Shown here: piece after piece, positions 22,989-35,700 of the stretch
Layout of the letters: every line of letters starts with the position of its first letter
How positions within the stretch are numbered: the first letter of the stretch is position 1
DNA from: Squalus acanthias
Lineage: Eukaryota
Direction: 5' to 3'
Assembly: GCA_030390025.1 (NCBI GenBank)
Contig: CM059432.1
Span: 56,484,001-56,548,000, forward strand
Length of the DNA: 64,000 nucleotides
The notes under the pieces: model-generated
The model's input: only the letters and a program-made list of their open reading frames with translations
The model's database searches: none
Told to the model about the DNA's origin: nothing
Made by a program: the position numbers and the translations under genes

Positions 22989-25668
22989 CATAGAAGATAG
23001 GAGCAGGAGTAGGCCATTCGGCCCCTCGAGCCTGCTCCACCATTTAATGAGATCATGGCTGATAATCCAAATTCAGTACCCTGTCCCTGCTTTCTCCCCA
23101 TATCCCTTGATCCCTTTAGCCTTAAGAAATATATCTATCTCCTTCTTGAATATATTTAACGAATTGGCCTCCACTGCCTTCTGTGGTAGAGAATTCCACA
23201 GGTTCACCACTCTCTGGGTGAAGAAATTCCTCCTCATCTCAGTCCTAAATGGCTTACCCCCTTATCCTTAAACTGTGACCTCTGGTTCTGGACTCCCCCA
23301 CCATCGGGAACATATTTCCTGCATCTAGTCTGTCTAGTCCTGTTAGAATTTTATAAGTTTCAACGAGATCCCCTCTCATTCTTCTAAACTCTAGCGAATA
23401 TAAGCCTAATCGACCCAATCTCTCTCTTCATACGTCATTCCTGCCATCCCAGCTATCAATCTGGTAAATCTTTGCTGCACTCCCTGTCATATATCGCAAG
23501 TAACAACTCAGGAAGTACTACTGGGCGGCCAGCTGGGGCGCCATCCAGGGAGTATAAATACTCAGGCATGGGCCCACCTTGGGCAGAGACAATCTGGAAA
23601 CAGGAAGCTAGTGACTGCTAACTAGACCTCCATGTTTTGTTACAAGTTGATTAAAGCCTTGCTTTATGTTCAAGTGCGTAGTGAGTCTTTATTACGTCAC
23701 TCCCTCCATGGCAAGAACATCCTTCCTCAGATAAGGCGACCAAAACTGCACACAATACTCAAGGTGTGGTCTCACCAAGGCCCTGTACAACTGCAGCAAG
23801 ACATCCTTGTTCCTGTACTCGAATCCTCTCGCTATGAAGGCCAACATACCATTTGCCTTCTTAACCGCCTGCTGCACCTGCATGCTTACCTTCAGCGACT
23901 GGTGCACAAGGACTCCCAGATCTCGTTGCACTTCCCCTTTTCCCAATCTATTGCCGTTCAGATAATAATCTGTCTTCCTGTGTTTGCCACCAAAGTGGAT
24001 AACCTCGCATTTATCCACATTATACTGCATCTGCCATGCATCTGCCCAATCACCCAACCTGTCCAAATCATCCTGCAGTTTCTCTGCATCCTCCTCACAG
24101 CGCACACGCCCACCCAGCTTTGTGTCGTCTGCAAACTTGGAGATATTACATCTAGTTCCCTCGTCTAGATCATTAATATATATTGTGAATTGCTGGGTTC
24201 CTCGCACTGATCCCTGCGGTACCCCACTAGTCACTGCCTGCCACTCGGAAAAAGACCTATTTATTCCAACTCTTTGCTTCCTGTCTGCCAACCAGTTCTC
24301 TATCCAAATCAGTACCTTACCCCCAATCCCATGTGCTTTAACTTTGCACGCTAATCTCTTATGCTGGACCTTATCGAAAGCCTTCTGAAAGTCCAAATAC
24401 ACCACATCCACTGGTTCTCCCTTATCTATTCTACCAGTTATATCCTCAAAAAATTCCAGTAGATTAGTCAGCCATGATTTACCTTTTGTAAATCCATGTT
24501 GACTTTGTCCGATCCTGTCACTGTTTTCCAAGTGCTCTGCTATTACATCTTTTATAATGAACTCTAGCATTTTCCCCACTACCGATGTCAGGCTTACCGG
24601 TCTATAATTCCCCGTTTTATCTCTACCACCTTTTTTAAATAGTGGGGTTACATTAGCTACCCTCCAATCCATGGGAACTGTTCCAGAGTCTATAGAATTT
24701 TGAAAAATGACCAGCAATGCATCTACTATTTCTAGGGCCACTTCCTTAAGTATCCTAAGATGTAGATTATCAGGCCCTGGGGGTTTATCGGCCTTCAATC
24801 TCGTCAATTTCCCTAACACCATTTCCCTACAAATACTGATTTCATTCAATTCCTCCCTCTCATTAGACCCTATGTTCCCCCGACATCTCTGGGAGGTTAT
24901 TTGTGTCCTCCTTTGTGAAGACAGAACCAAAGTATGTATTTAATTCTTCAGCCATTTCTTTGTTCCCCATTATAAATTCCCCTGATTCTGACTGCAAGGG
25001 ACCTACGCCTGACTTCACCAATCTTTTTCTCTTCACATATCTATAGAAGCTTTTACAGTCAGTTTTTATGTTTCCTGCAAGCTTACTCTCATATTCTATT
25101 TTCCCCCTCTTAATTAATCCCTTTGTCCTCCTTTGCTGAATCCTAAACTGCTCCCAATCCTCAGGTTTGCTGCTTTTTCTGGCCAATTTATATGTCCTCT
25201 CCTTGGATCTTATGCTATCCCTAATTTCCCTTGTTAGCCACGGTTGAGTCACCTTTTTTGTTTTATTTTTATGCCAAACAGGGATGAACAAATTCTGTAG
25301 TTCATCCATGTGATCTTTAAATGTTTGCCATTGCCTATCCACCGTCAACCCTTTAAGTAACGCTCCCTAATCCATCCTAGCCAACTCGCGCCTCATACCA
25401 TCGTAGTTTCCTTTATTTAAATTCAGGACCCTAGTCTCTGAGTCAACTACTTCACTCTCCATTTTAATGAAGAATTCGGTCATATTATGATCGCTCCTCC
25501 CCAAGGGGCCTCGCACAACAAGATTGCTAATTAATCCTTTCTCATTACATAATACCCAGTCTAAGATGGCCTGATCTCTAGTTGGTTCCTCGACATATTG
25601 GTGAGGAAACCATCCCGTATGCACTCAAGGAATTCCTCCTCCACAGTATTGTTACTAATTTGGTTCAC
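22989..25668 (-). mobile_element. CR1 LINE (copy C), ORF2 from endonuclease C-terminus to 3' UTR
   Basis: 412-aa uninterrupted RT ORF 23692-24930 ([33 protein letters not shown]), plus SDHN endonuclease motif and CR1 3' UTR. Confidence 0.95.
23485..23699 (+). mobile_element. Solo LTR (215 bp)
   Basis: TG...CA termini with 5-bp TSD CTCCC (23480-23484 and 23700-23704). Contains TATAAA at 23553 and ATTAAA at 23650. Removing it restores the CR1 sequence tgcactccctccatggc. Confidence 0.85.
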
Positions 25669-26587
25669 GAAGGGGGGTTCGCACGAAGTAAGTGCGGATT
25701 TCCTTTGGATGTCGGTGGCGTACTCCTTGGCTATGCCGCTGACCGCAAATTCAGTGTCATTATGCTCCCATTTAAGGGTTCTTAATTCAGTGTGCATACT
25801 GTGCATTTATCTGTATTACGATCCATTCATGCCCTATCCACTTAGTTGCACTATGCACCAATATAAACAAGGTACTCTGATTTGAACCAGTAGCAACTCC
25901 AAATCTGCTTCTAAGGTGGTGTATTTCTAAAGAGGTTGCATACCTCTCCAGTGGAACAGTTGCTGATATTGTGATCGATTACAACTCCATTAAAATGAAT
26001 AAAGCTGAGTTTATTCTTTTGAGCCAGATCTTTTAGAAGTGAAAGTTAGATTAAGGCAGATTCAACAAGGTTGGGGCTTCACTCTGCATAACACTTTTTT
26101 TTTATCTGTAGCTTTTCAGATTTTATACTCTATAAAGATAGGGAAAATTGAGTGCTAAACCAAGAAAAATGGTAGCTTTTAAAAGCAGTTTGATCTTAAT
26201 CCATGCTTAAAATGTGTTTATTTTATATGCATATGCTTGAGTTTCATGCTTACAGTCCAAGCTAAATAACCTGCATGTCTTTCAATCTCCCTTTCTCCAA
26301 TGAAATGAAGTTGGCTTGATGAGTTTAATTTCATAATTTAAATCACTAAATCCTGATATCATCCTTGTCACTCTGAATCCTCTCTCACACATCAGTGTCA
26401 AGTTGAAGATAGGGAGCTCAAATTACATGCAGTGTTTCATATATGGCCTCATCAATGTTTTAACATCGACCTAATTCATTGAAATAACTCTGAGTGGAAC
26501 TGTTGGTAATAGTTTTGCTTTGACTGCATACTTCTAGTGAGTGATCAAAAATCACACCGGAATTCATTTCCATTTTTGTTTAATGCT

Positions 26588-27047
26588 AGCCTTGGCTCAG
26601 CGGTCGCACTCTCGCCTCTAGAGTCAGAAGATTGTGGGTTAATGCCTCATTTCAGAGACTTGAGCACATAACCTAGGCTGACACTTTGGTGCAGTACTGC
26701 AGGAGTGCTGCATAGGCTGGAGAAGAAGTCTTTTGGATGAGACGTTAAACCAAGGCCCAATCTGGTCCCTCGGATGGGTGTACAAGATCTCTTAGCACTA
26801 GTAAAAGAAGAACAGACGAGTTCTCCTGGTTTCTTGGTCAATATTTATCTGTCAATCAACTATCCCTAAAAACAAATTATCTGCTCATTTTATCTTATTG
26901 CTGTTTGTGGGACCTTACTATGTGCAAATTGGCTTCAGTGTTTCCATTACAAAAGTCATTACACTTCAAAAGTAATTCAATGCCTGTGGAGTGTTTTGGG
27001 ATATCCTGACTGAGGAAAGCTGCTATATAAATTCAGGTTCTTCCTTT
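26588..27047 (+). mobile_element. Deu-domain tRNA SINE
   Basis: tggctcagcgg head; collinear with 14022-14440. Confidence 0.78.
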
Positions 27048-27837
27048 AACGAGCACTTTTTTAATGCACATTTTCTGTTCCAGTGTGCAATAACTTGCAT
27101 TTGTCCACATGCAAATCCTTAGCTCACTTGCTTAATTAGTGGTGATCACTGCAAGAAAGAGAAATAACTTGCAATCATATAGCACCTTCCACAAGCTCAG
27201 GACGTCCTAAAGTGCTTCTCAATTAATTACTTGAAGTAATTGTTGTAATATAAGGAAAATGTACTTATAGTTGACACTGAACTCTCGAGCTTAGTGTCAT
27301 CAGTAAATTTTATAACATGGTGTGGGGTATCTCATGCAATTCATTTATGAATAATATGAACAGCAGGAGATGTGGAACACATTCCTTTGGAACTCCAATG
27401 TGTCACTGCTCTGGGTCAGAGCCTTTTATATTGCCCTTCCCTCATTTTCTGCAACCAATCTAGTTTTCAATCCAGCTATTGTTTGAACCTTACCCTTTAT
27501 AAAAATCCTACATATGGAATTTTATCAAATGTGTGTGAGAATTCAAGTTAAATATGTCCACCGAATGACCCTCACTGAACAATTTACCTCAAAGAAAATT
27601 TATAGATTTGTGAGACACTAGTGCAGTAAGATGTGTATTTGGGAGCTGATTACTCTAAATATTCAAATGAAATTATAAAAATAGCAACATCAGTTATGAT
27701 TCACCTTTTTCCTCTAGCGTTTTTACCTTGTTTATGTCCAAATAATGACATTTTCATCTAATAGTCGTTGACAAAAACAGTAAGTAAAGTTAGGTAAACA
27801 ACATAACAGGAAGATCTATGCTAAAACTTAAACACTA

Positions 27838-28150
27838 AAGCACATAATCTAGGCAGAAATACTGCATTGTCCCAGGTGCCGTATTACAGATGAGACTTTA
27901 AAATAAGGCCCTGTCTGCCTGCTCAGGTGGACATAAAAGCTCCAGTGTGGCACTATTAGAAGAGCAGGAGAATTCTTCTCATGTTCTGGCCAACATTTAT
28001 CCCTCAATCAACACTAACACAAACAGATTATCAAGTAATTTATCTTTATTGCTGTTTGTGAGACCTTGCTGTATGCAAATTGGCTTCTATGATTGTCTAC
28101 AAAACAACAGAGACGACATTTCAAAAGCAATTAATGTATTGGAGCTTTAA
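27838..28150 (+). mobile_element. Deu-domain SINE, partial
   Basis: Collinear with the body of 14022-14440 (gcactattagaagagcagg...gctgtttgtgagaccttgctg). Confidence 0.7.
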
Positions 28151-30834
28151 GTCACAAAATGAATTTATAATAAATAATTGATAAATGGTAGACAAATGTG
28201 CTTTTTTTAAAAAAAAAAATTAAAAATTCAATTGCGTTATCCAGGTCTGTCTCATGAATGCAGTCAAAAACAAGGCACATTGCCTGGCTGCAAGTTTTTT
28301 AATAATTTGTGCATGACTACTGTTTACCAATGACAATTGAATTTTTGTATTTGCATTGGTATTTTTGTAATGAAAATAAATATTTTAACATTGCAGTGGT
28401 GATATTTTACTTGTGTCTATTACTGAAATCTGCAACAGTCTAAAATTCTCATGAATATGTTTTTCATTTTTACTTTTATTAATGTGCTCATTTTGAGAAT
28501 TGATAACTAAATTTTTTTACAGCAAAAGCCCAGTTTTATGCTGTGCTTCATGAACACTGGAAACTTGCGATGATGAGAACTCGGTTGATTTGTGACCCTT
28601 AATATCAGTCATTTAACTGTAGTGATTGATGCTTTGAAAGCTGTTATATTTTCTTTCCAGATAAGTGCTTGGAAATTTTGTTACTATCCGTTTTGGAGAG
28701 GCTCTGAACCACTAACGTAACATGAGTCTGTTCTTAGCTTTGAGCTTTATAGCCATTTAAATGGCCATTGAACAGAATCCATGAGCACTGCAAAAAGGTT
28801 GTCCTTCTGGATAGCTAAAACATTATTCACAATAAGTTCAGAATAGGTAGAATCAGAATCTTCTGATGCTGCAGTGTTTTCTGTCATAATGCTAGAACAG
28901 TTTGTCCTGTGCAAGATGTTGTGCTGCACTGTGGGGAAACCTTTTCAAGTGCATAAGCTCGTCAGAGCACAGCCTTAATTTTTGGTTTTAAAAAGTGTAG
29001 GCCTAATCCAACTTAATTTACATAACCATTACTATCATATTTACATGGCAGAAAGCTGCAGTAAATATTTTGGTACATACCTGCTTGGAAAGTGGTAATT
29101 TGGATTTTGGATCTGAGCTTCCCCCCCATACCCCCCAGATGTGGGAATAAAAACGGAAGCAGCTTTACTGATAGTTTTTAACGTGAGTGTTTTCTGCCGT
29201 GGTATTGTTTGTGAGGGAGCTTGAGCAGCCGACTAATGTTTTAGCAGTGATCTTCTACCCACTGGCACTACAAACGAGCAGAGAGGTGATGCATGCTCTG
29301 CTTGAGTTCCTCGCTGTCAAATGTGATTTGCTAACTATGAAGTGTACATTTCTTGCATAGAAGATTTCTCTCATTCAGAATTATTCACTCATTCAAATCG
29401 TTTTATTCTTAGAAGTGTTAAACAAGGGGTGGGGGAAAAAAAGTGTAGTGACAAGTTGATATTGTTTGGTAGTGGCCCATTTAATGTCAGTTATGTTTTT
29501 TAAATATTACGCTTGACTTTCATCACCTTTCTGAGCATATTGAGACATTGCACCCCAGTAACGCCAGAACCATGTTATGTTGTTGATTCTTAAACTAGAA
29601 ATTTCCTTGGGAGGTCTTCTGATCAACTGCTGCAACTGTTGATCAGTGAAAACCGTGAGTTGACACGTGAACGGTGTTTTTGTCGAAGTTACAATGGCTG
29701 ATCGGGAGAATTCTCACGCTGATAGTCTCTCAAGTGCTCCAGCAATCCACTTCATTGATTAAAAAAAATTAAAAAATCACCTTCCTGAAGAGGCCTCACG
29801 ACCACCTTCTCGGGGTAACTAGGAATAGGCAATAAATGTGGCCTTGCTGTTGCCATCTACGTCTAGAGAACAAATAAGAATAAAATCTGGTAATTAAAAC
29901 TTAAATATCTTGTTAAATGGAAGAACTCAAATTTAAACTATCCAAATGCAAGTAAACTTTAAATCTTAAAACTTGTTGTGCGAAATAGAAATACCTTGCT
30001 GCCACAGGTAGATTGGTGTTAAGACAGGTTTTGAGGGATTTTAACTTTGCTCGCATTAATGAAAACCAATGTTTTGAATGTTGTTGTTTAATAGAGAGAT
30101 GCAGCATACGCTCTCCTTTTACGTTTTCTGATGTCATGAAGTAAGGTAGTGTGCCAAATGGTAATCTGGGATAACCACCACAATGGCTTTGTGTATAAAT
30201 GTTCTTCATTGGTGCAGAGTAATATGACACTGGCATCTGTTGTAATTACCTACATAATGAATTCTTAATCTCAGTTGACCATCCTTCAGGAAGAGAATAA
30301 AGACCAGGCCAGGTTAACCTGCTGTGCTCTTGTCCTGAGGAGGTTAAAGATGTTATATAAATGCAAGTTCTTTCTTTTCTTTAACCTAGTACTAGCGTAA
30401 AATTTTCAGCTGGTTTGCTTAGGCTGATCAAGTTAAATCTATAATATTGCAGTCACTGTTGCCCAGGAATTCCCCCACAAGGAGTTCCAATACTGTAATG
30501 GGAATAGTCCTATAAACCAGACCCAGTGCCTGATTTTTACCCTTGTTTCTTCCCTAATATATTGTGTAAGTAAACAGTTAATATCTACAAATCTTTCAGC
30601 TATGCCGCCTTAAATGCTAGATGGATCACATTGCACCATTGAAGATCTGGAGAGTTAAATCTATTACGCAGAAATTTTCCCACTTCTATTTCCCCTGTAA
30701 TTTATGACCAGAATACCTTCTCTTGATGGGTCCTTGACATGGAGATTTATAACAGATTATGTGGTCAGGTTCTGGAAGTGGCTTAAACCCACAACTTTGT
30801 AACTCAGTGGTGAGAGTAGAAAAAGTCATGCAGT

Positions 30835-32040
30835 TGCCATCCTATCTTAAATACCAGCGTTTTACAAATTCCTCATGTAGCACTACCTCAAGTCACTTAG
30901 GATGTGCATCTAAGAGACTGGCTGGCAACAGTTGACTTGGCAGATACCCACCTCTGCATCACCATTGAGTGTTCTCATTGCATACATCTCCGCTCCAACC
31001 TTCTAGGGCCACAGCTACCAGTACTTGGCTTTTGGTCTTTACCCGCATAAAATACCTGTCTGTTGTTGGAGCCATAACTGGATGTGGCATTCACATCTCT
31101 ACATGTTTTTGGATAATTGGCTTGTCCGAGGTTTTTTGCCATTTGGACAGCAGTTCAGTCGGTCCTTGCCTTATTCCAAGAGCTTAATTTCATCATCTAT
31201 GAGAAGTCTGATTTTGGGCGAAGGGATGACACAATGTTCTTGGGCGCCTTGTTTTGAACTGCCCTCAATAATGTTTTCTAGCTGCCACACCAATTTGCAG
31301 TCTGGTGGCTCCTCTTCATACATCACAACAGAACACCACCTTCATCATATCCGTCTGGTGGCAGAAGCCATTACAGTCGTAAATGCTCAATTGTTCATGA
31401 GTTCATAGTTAAATATCCTCTGCAGTAATCTCCCCAGATGTCTCAATCACCCCAGTCAGTGGAAATGAACAACACCTCTGCTATGAATCTAAGTGGATTG
31501 TCCCAGAAGTAAATTATTCTAAAGGGGTCCTGTTAAAGTCACCACCCCCTGAACTTTCCTGTACCAGTTGTGGGCCCATTTTCAGGATGATCAGCAGGCT
31601 TGAGCTACAAGTGGTATGTGTGGTCCTGGGATATTTTCAGACTCTGGTGCAGGGCAAATCACTGTGCCTCTGGATAGACAACACAACAATAGCCTGGTAT
31701 GTAAACAAACAAGCTGGGAGTCATTTTTGAATAACAGGTGAGATTGTGGCCAATAAGACAGCTAACATCTTCAGTCATTCTGTGGCTTATCCTCATAAGT
31801 GAACATCCTCATCAGATTAGTCCCGAACATGGAAATAAATGTTTTTGTACACATAACCTCCATTTCCCCTGTTATCCAGAAAAATAGAGAAAATCAGAGC
31901 AGATGGCTCATTTTGTTAACTCCTTACTGTCTCTGCAAACTTGGTTCTTGGACATAGTACTCCCACAGAAGGACCCTTCTTTGTCATCTAAAGTCAGATC
32001 CTGCTCTGAACCCAGTCATGGTCTGGCATGTGGAGGATGA
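30835..32040 (+). mobile_element. Decayed DIRS1-like tyrosine-recombinase retrotransposon (RT-RNase H-MT-like region)
   Basis: Motifs appear in the expected order: LRDWLATVDLAD (30910, RT), LELQVVCVVLGYFQTLVQGKSLCLWIDNTTIAWYVNKQAG (31599-31720, DIRS RNase H) and PPFPLLSRKIEKIRAD (31857, MT-like domain). Confidence 0.75.
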
Positions 32041-32439
32041 GGGAAAAAAGCAAGATTGGTTACATTGTAGGACAAGGGGAGAAAAAATAGAGTAGAGATA
32101 GGAAGAAATCAGTTCCATGGGGCAAGACTGTCATTACCAAGACTGTCATTGACCTCATCTCCTCTGGAGATCTTCCCTCCACAGCCGCCAACCTCATAGT
32201 TCCCCAACCCTGCACAGCCCGCTTCTACCTCCTTCCTAAGATCCACAATCAGGACTGCCCTGGTAGACCCATCATTTCAGCCTGTTCTTGCCACGCAGAA
32301 CTGATTTCTTCCTATCTTGACTCTATATTTTTTCTCCCCTTGTCCAGCCTCTTCCCACCTACATCCACGACTCTTCTGACACCCTCCGTCACTAACAGTT
32401 TCCAGTATCCTGACCCCAACCGTCTCTTTTTCACTGGAT

Positions 32440-35400
32440 GTCCTGGCGAACCGAATAACTAGGGCAGTAGACAGGGCTTTAAACTAATGAAGGGGAGGCG
32501 GGAGGATTCGGGAAAGAGTAAATTTAAAAGCAGCGAGTGAAATGTCAAGGCTCTAGAACAGAGTGGAGTTTTGGGTAAAAATAAGCAGAGTGGGTCAGGA
32601 AGGGACAGAGAGAGTAACAAAGGTAATAAGGCATTAGTGACAAAGGTGACATCAGGGAAAAAGAGAAATAAGTCAAAGCTAAAGGCACTATATCTGAATG
32701 CGCGAAGCATTCGCAACAAAATAGATGAATTAATAGCACAGATAGAAATTAATAAGTTTGATTTAATAGCCATAACGGAGACGTGGTTGCAAAGTGGCCA
32801 AGGATGTGAACTGAATATTCCAGGATACATAACTTTTAGAAGGTAAAATAGAAAAGGAGGAGGAGTAGCCCTGATAAAGGATGGGATAAAGACAGTAGAG
32901 AGAAAGGATCTTGGCTCCGAAAATCAAGAAGTAGAATCAGTTTGGGTGAAGCTAAGAAACAGCAAGGGGCAGAAAACATTGGTGTGAGTTGTTTATAGGC
33001 CCCCAAACAGTAGTTGCAATGTAGGGCAGAGTATAAATCAGGAAATTAGAGGCGCATGTAACAAGGGTAATACAGTAATCATGGGGGACTTTAATCTACA
33101 TATAGACTGGGCAAACCAAATTTACAGTAATAGTGTGGAGGATGAATTCATGGAATGTATGCAAGATAGTTTTCTCGATCAGTATGTTCTGACGAAAGGT
33201 CCCCGACTTGAAACGTTGACTCTGTTTCTCTCTCCTCGATGCTGCCTGACCTGCTGAGTGTTTCCAGCATTTTCTGTTGTTATTTCAGATTTCCAGCATC
33301 CGCAGTATTTTGCTATTGTGTTGCGGAACCAACTAGGGAACAGGCTATTTTAGATCTAGTATTGTGCAACAAGAAAGGGTTAATTAATAACCTTGTAGTA
33401 AAGGGGCCTTTAGGGAAGAGTGACCATAATATGATAGAATTTTATATTGAGTTTGTAAGTGACTTAGTTAAATCCGAAACTAGGGTCTTAAATCTAAACA
33501 AAGCAAATTACATAGGTATGAGGGCGAGTTCGCTCAGGTAGATTGGGAAACTACATTAAAAGGTATGACAGTGGACGAGCAATGGCTAGCATTTAAAGAA
33601 TTAATACATAATTTATAACAAATATACATTCCTTTAAGGCACAAAAACCCCACAGGAAAAGTGGTCCAACCGTGGCTAACGAGAGAAGTTAAAGATAGTA
33701 TTAGATCAAAGGAAGAGGCTTATAATGCTGCCAAAAAGCGTGGTAAGCCTGAGAATTGGGAGAATTTTAGAATTCAGCAAAGGAGGACCAAAAAATTGAT
33801 AAAGAAAGGGAAAATAGAATATGAGAGTAAACTAGTGAGAGACATAAAAACAGACTGTAAAAGCTTCTATAGGTATGTAAAAATGGAAAAGATTAGTGAA
33901 AGTAAATGTGGGTCCCTTGCAGGCTGGGACAGGTGAAATTATAATGGGGAATAAGGAAATGGTGGAGAAATTAAACAAATACCTTGTGTCTGTCTTTACG
34001 GAAGAAGATGCAAAGCATTTCCTGGAAATAGTGAAATTCCAAGGGTCTAGCGAGAATGAGGAACTGAAAGAAATTAGTATTAGTTAAAAAGTAGTACTGG
34101 AGAAATTAATGGGACTGAAAGTCGATAAATCCCCTGGACCTGATGGCCGACATCCTAGGGTTTTGAAAGAGTTGGCTATAGAGATAGTGGATGCATTGGT
34201 TGTCCAAAATTCCATAGATTCTAGAATGGTTCCCGTGGATTGGAAGGTAGCAAATGTAACCCCACTATTTAAGAAAGGAGGGAGAGAAAACGGGGAACAA
34301 CAGACCAGTTAGCCTGACCTCAGTAGTAGGAAAATGCTAGAATCTATTGTTAAGGACGTGGTAACAGGGCACTTAGAAAATAATAATAGCGTTGGGCAGA
34401 GTCAGCACGGATTTATGAAAGGGAAATCAAGTTTGACAAATCTGTTAGAATTTTTTGAGGTTGTAACTAGCAGAATAGATAAGGGGGAACCAGTGGATGT
34501 GGTGTATTTGGATTTTCAGAAGGCATTCGATAAGGTGCCACACAAGAGGTTATTAAACAAAATTAGGGCTCATGGGATTGGGGGTAATATACTAGCATGG
34601 ATTGAGGATTGGTTAACGGACAGAATACAGAGTAGGAATAAACGGGTCATTTTCGGGTTGGCAGGCTGTAACTAATGGGGTACCGCAAGGATCAGTGCTT
34701 GGGCCTCAGCTATTCACAATCTACATCAATGATTTGGATGAAGGGACCAAATGTAATATGTCCAAGTTTGCTGTTGATACAAAGCTGGGTGCAAATGTAA
34801 GTTATGAGGAGGATGCAAGGAGGCTTCAAGGGGATATAGACAGGCTAAGTGAGTGGGCAAGAACATGGCAAATGGAATATAATGTGGAGAAATGTGAAGT
34901 AATCCACTTTGGTGGAAAAAATTGAAAAGTAGAGTATTTTTTAAATGGTGAGAGATTGGGAAATGTTGGTGTTCAGAGGGACCTGGGTGTCCTTGTACAC
35001 GAATCACTGAAATCAAGCATGCAGGTATAGCAAGTAATTAGGAAAGCAAATGGTATGTTGGCCTTTATTACAAGAGGATTTGAGTATAAGAGTAAAGATG
35101 TCTTACTACATTTATATAGGGCCCTGGTGAGACCACACCTGGAGTACTGTGTACAGTTTTGGTCTCCTTACCTAAGGAAGGATATACTTGCCATAGATGG
35201 AGTGCAACGAAGGTTCACCAGACTGGTTCCTGGAATGGGGGGGGGGGATTGTCCCATGAGGAGAGATTGAGTAGACTAGGCCTATATTCTCTCGAGTTTA
35301 GAAGAATGAGAGGTAGTCTCATTGAAACATCCAAAATTCTTACAGGGCTTGACAGGGTAGATGCAGGGAGGATGTTTTCCCCTGGCTGGGGAGTCGAGAA

Positions 35401-35700
35401 CTAGGGGTCACAGTCTCAGAACAAGGGGTCGGCCATTTAGGACTGAGATGAGGAGACATTTCTTCACTCAGGGTGGTGAATCTTTGGAATTCTCTACCCG
35501 AGAGGGCTGTGGAAGCTCAGTCGTTGAGTATATTCAAGACAGAGATCGATAGATTTTTGTATATTAAGGGAATCAAGGGATATGGGGATAGTGCAGGAAA
35601 GTGGAGATGAGGTAGAAGATCAGCCATGATCTTATTGAATGGCGGAGCAGTCTCAAAGGGCCAAATGGCCAACTCCTGCTCCTATTTCTTATGTTCTTAT
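32440..35700 (+). mobile_element. CR1 LINE (ORF1 end, near-complete but degenerate ORF2, 3' UTR) nested in the PLE
   Basis: ORF1 end VLANRITRAVDRALN*; endonuclease LYLNARSIRNK..ITETWL and SDHN; RT motifs; tail ttcttatgttcttat at 35700. Confidence 0.95.
33189..33318 (+). mobile_element. Short Penelope-end insertion with hammerhead motif
   Basis: Interrupts CR1 gatcagtatgtt|gcggaacc (DQYVAEP). Contains CTGACGA-a-AGGTC(ccc)GACTT-GAAA-cg-TT, ends ttgctattgt, and has a short tgtt/gtt duplication or microhomology. Confidence 0.85.

Larger units (their letters stand above)
21864..25758. mobile_element. Probable Harbinger-like non-autonomous element split by CR1 copy C
   Basis: Ends are ggccctgaatttgcagtc / (rc) gacactgaatttgcggtc with ATT on both sides, and both ends have subterminal hairpins. 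Sequence 22780-22988 continues at 25668 across the CR1. These could instead be two separate partial elements. Confidence 0.5.

Noticed and set aside
23692..24930. 412-aa reverse transcriptase as a functional or domesticated gene, retron or DGR
   Set aside because: It is an ordinary CR1 ORF2 fragment, cut by a solo LTR at one end and frameshifted at the other.
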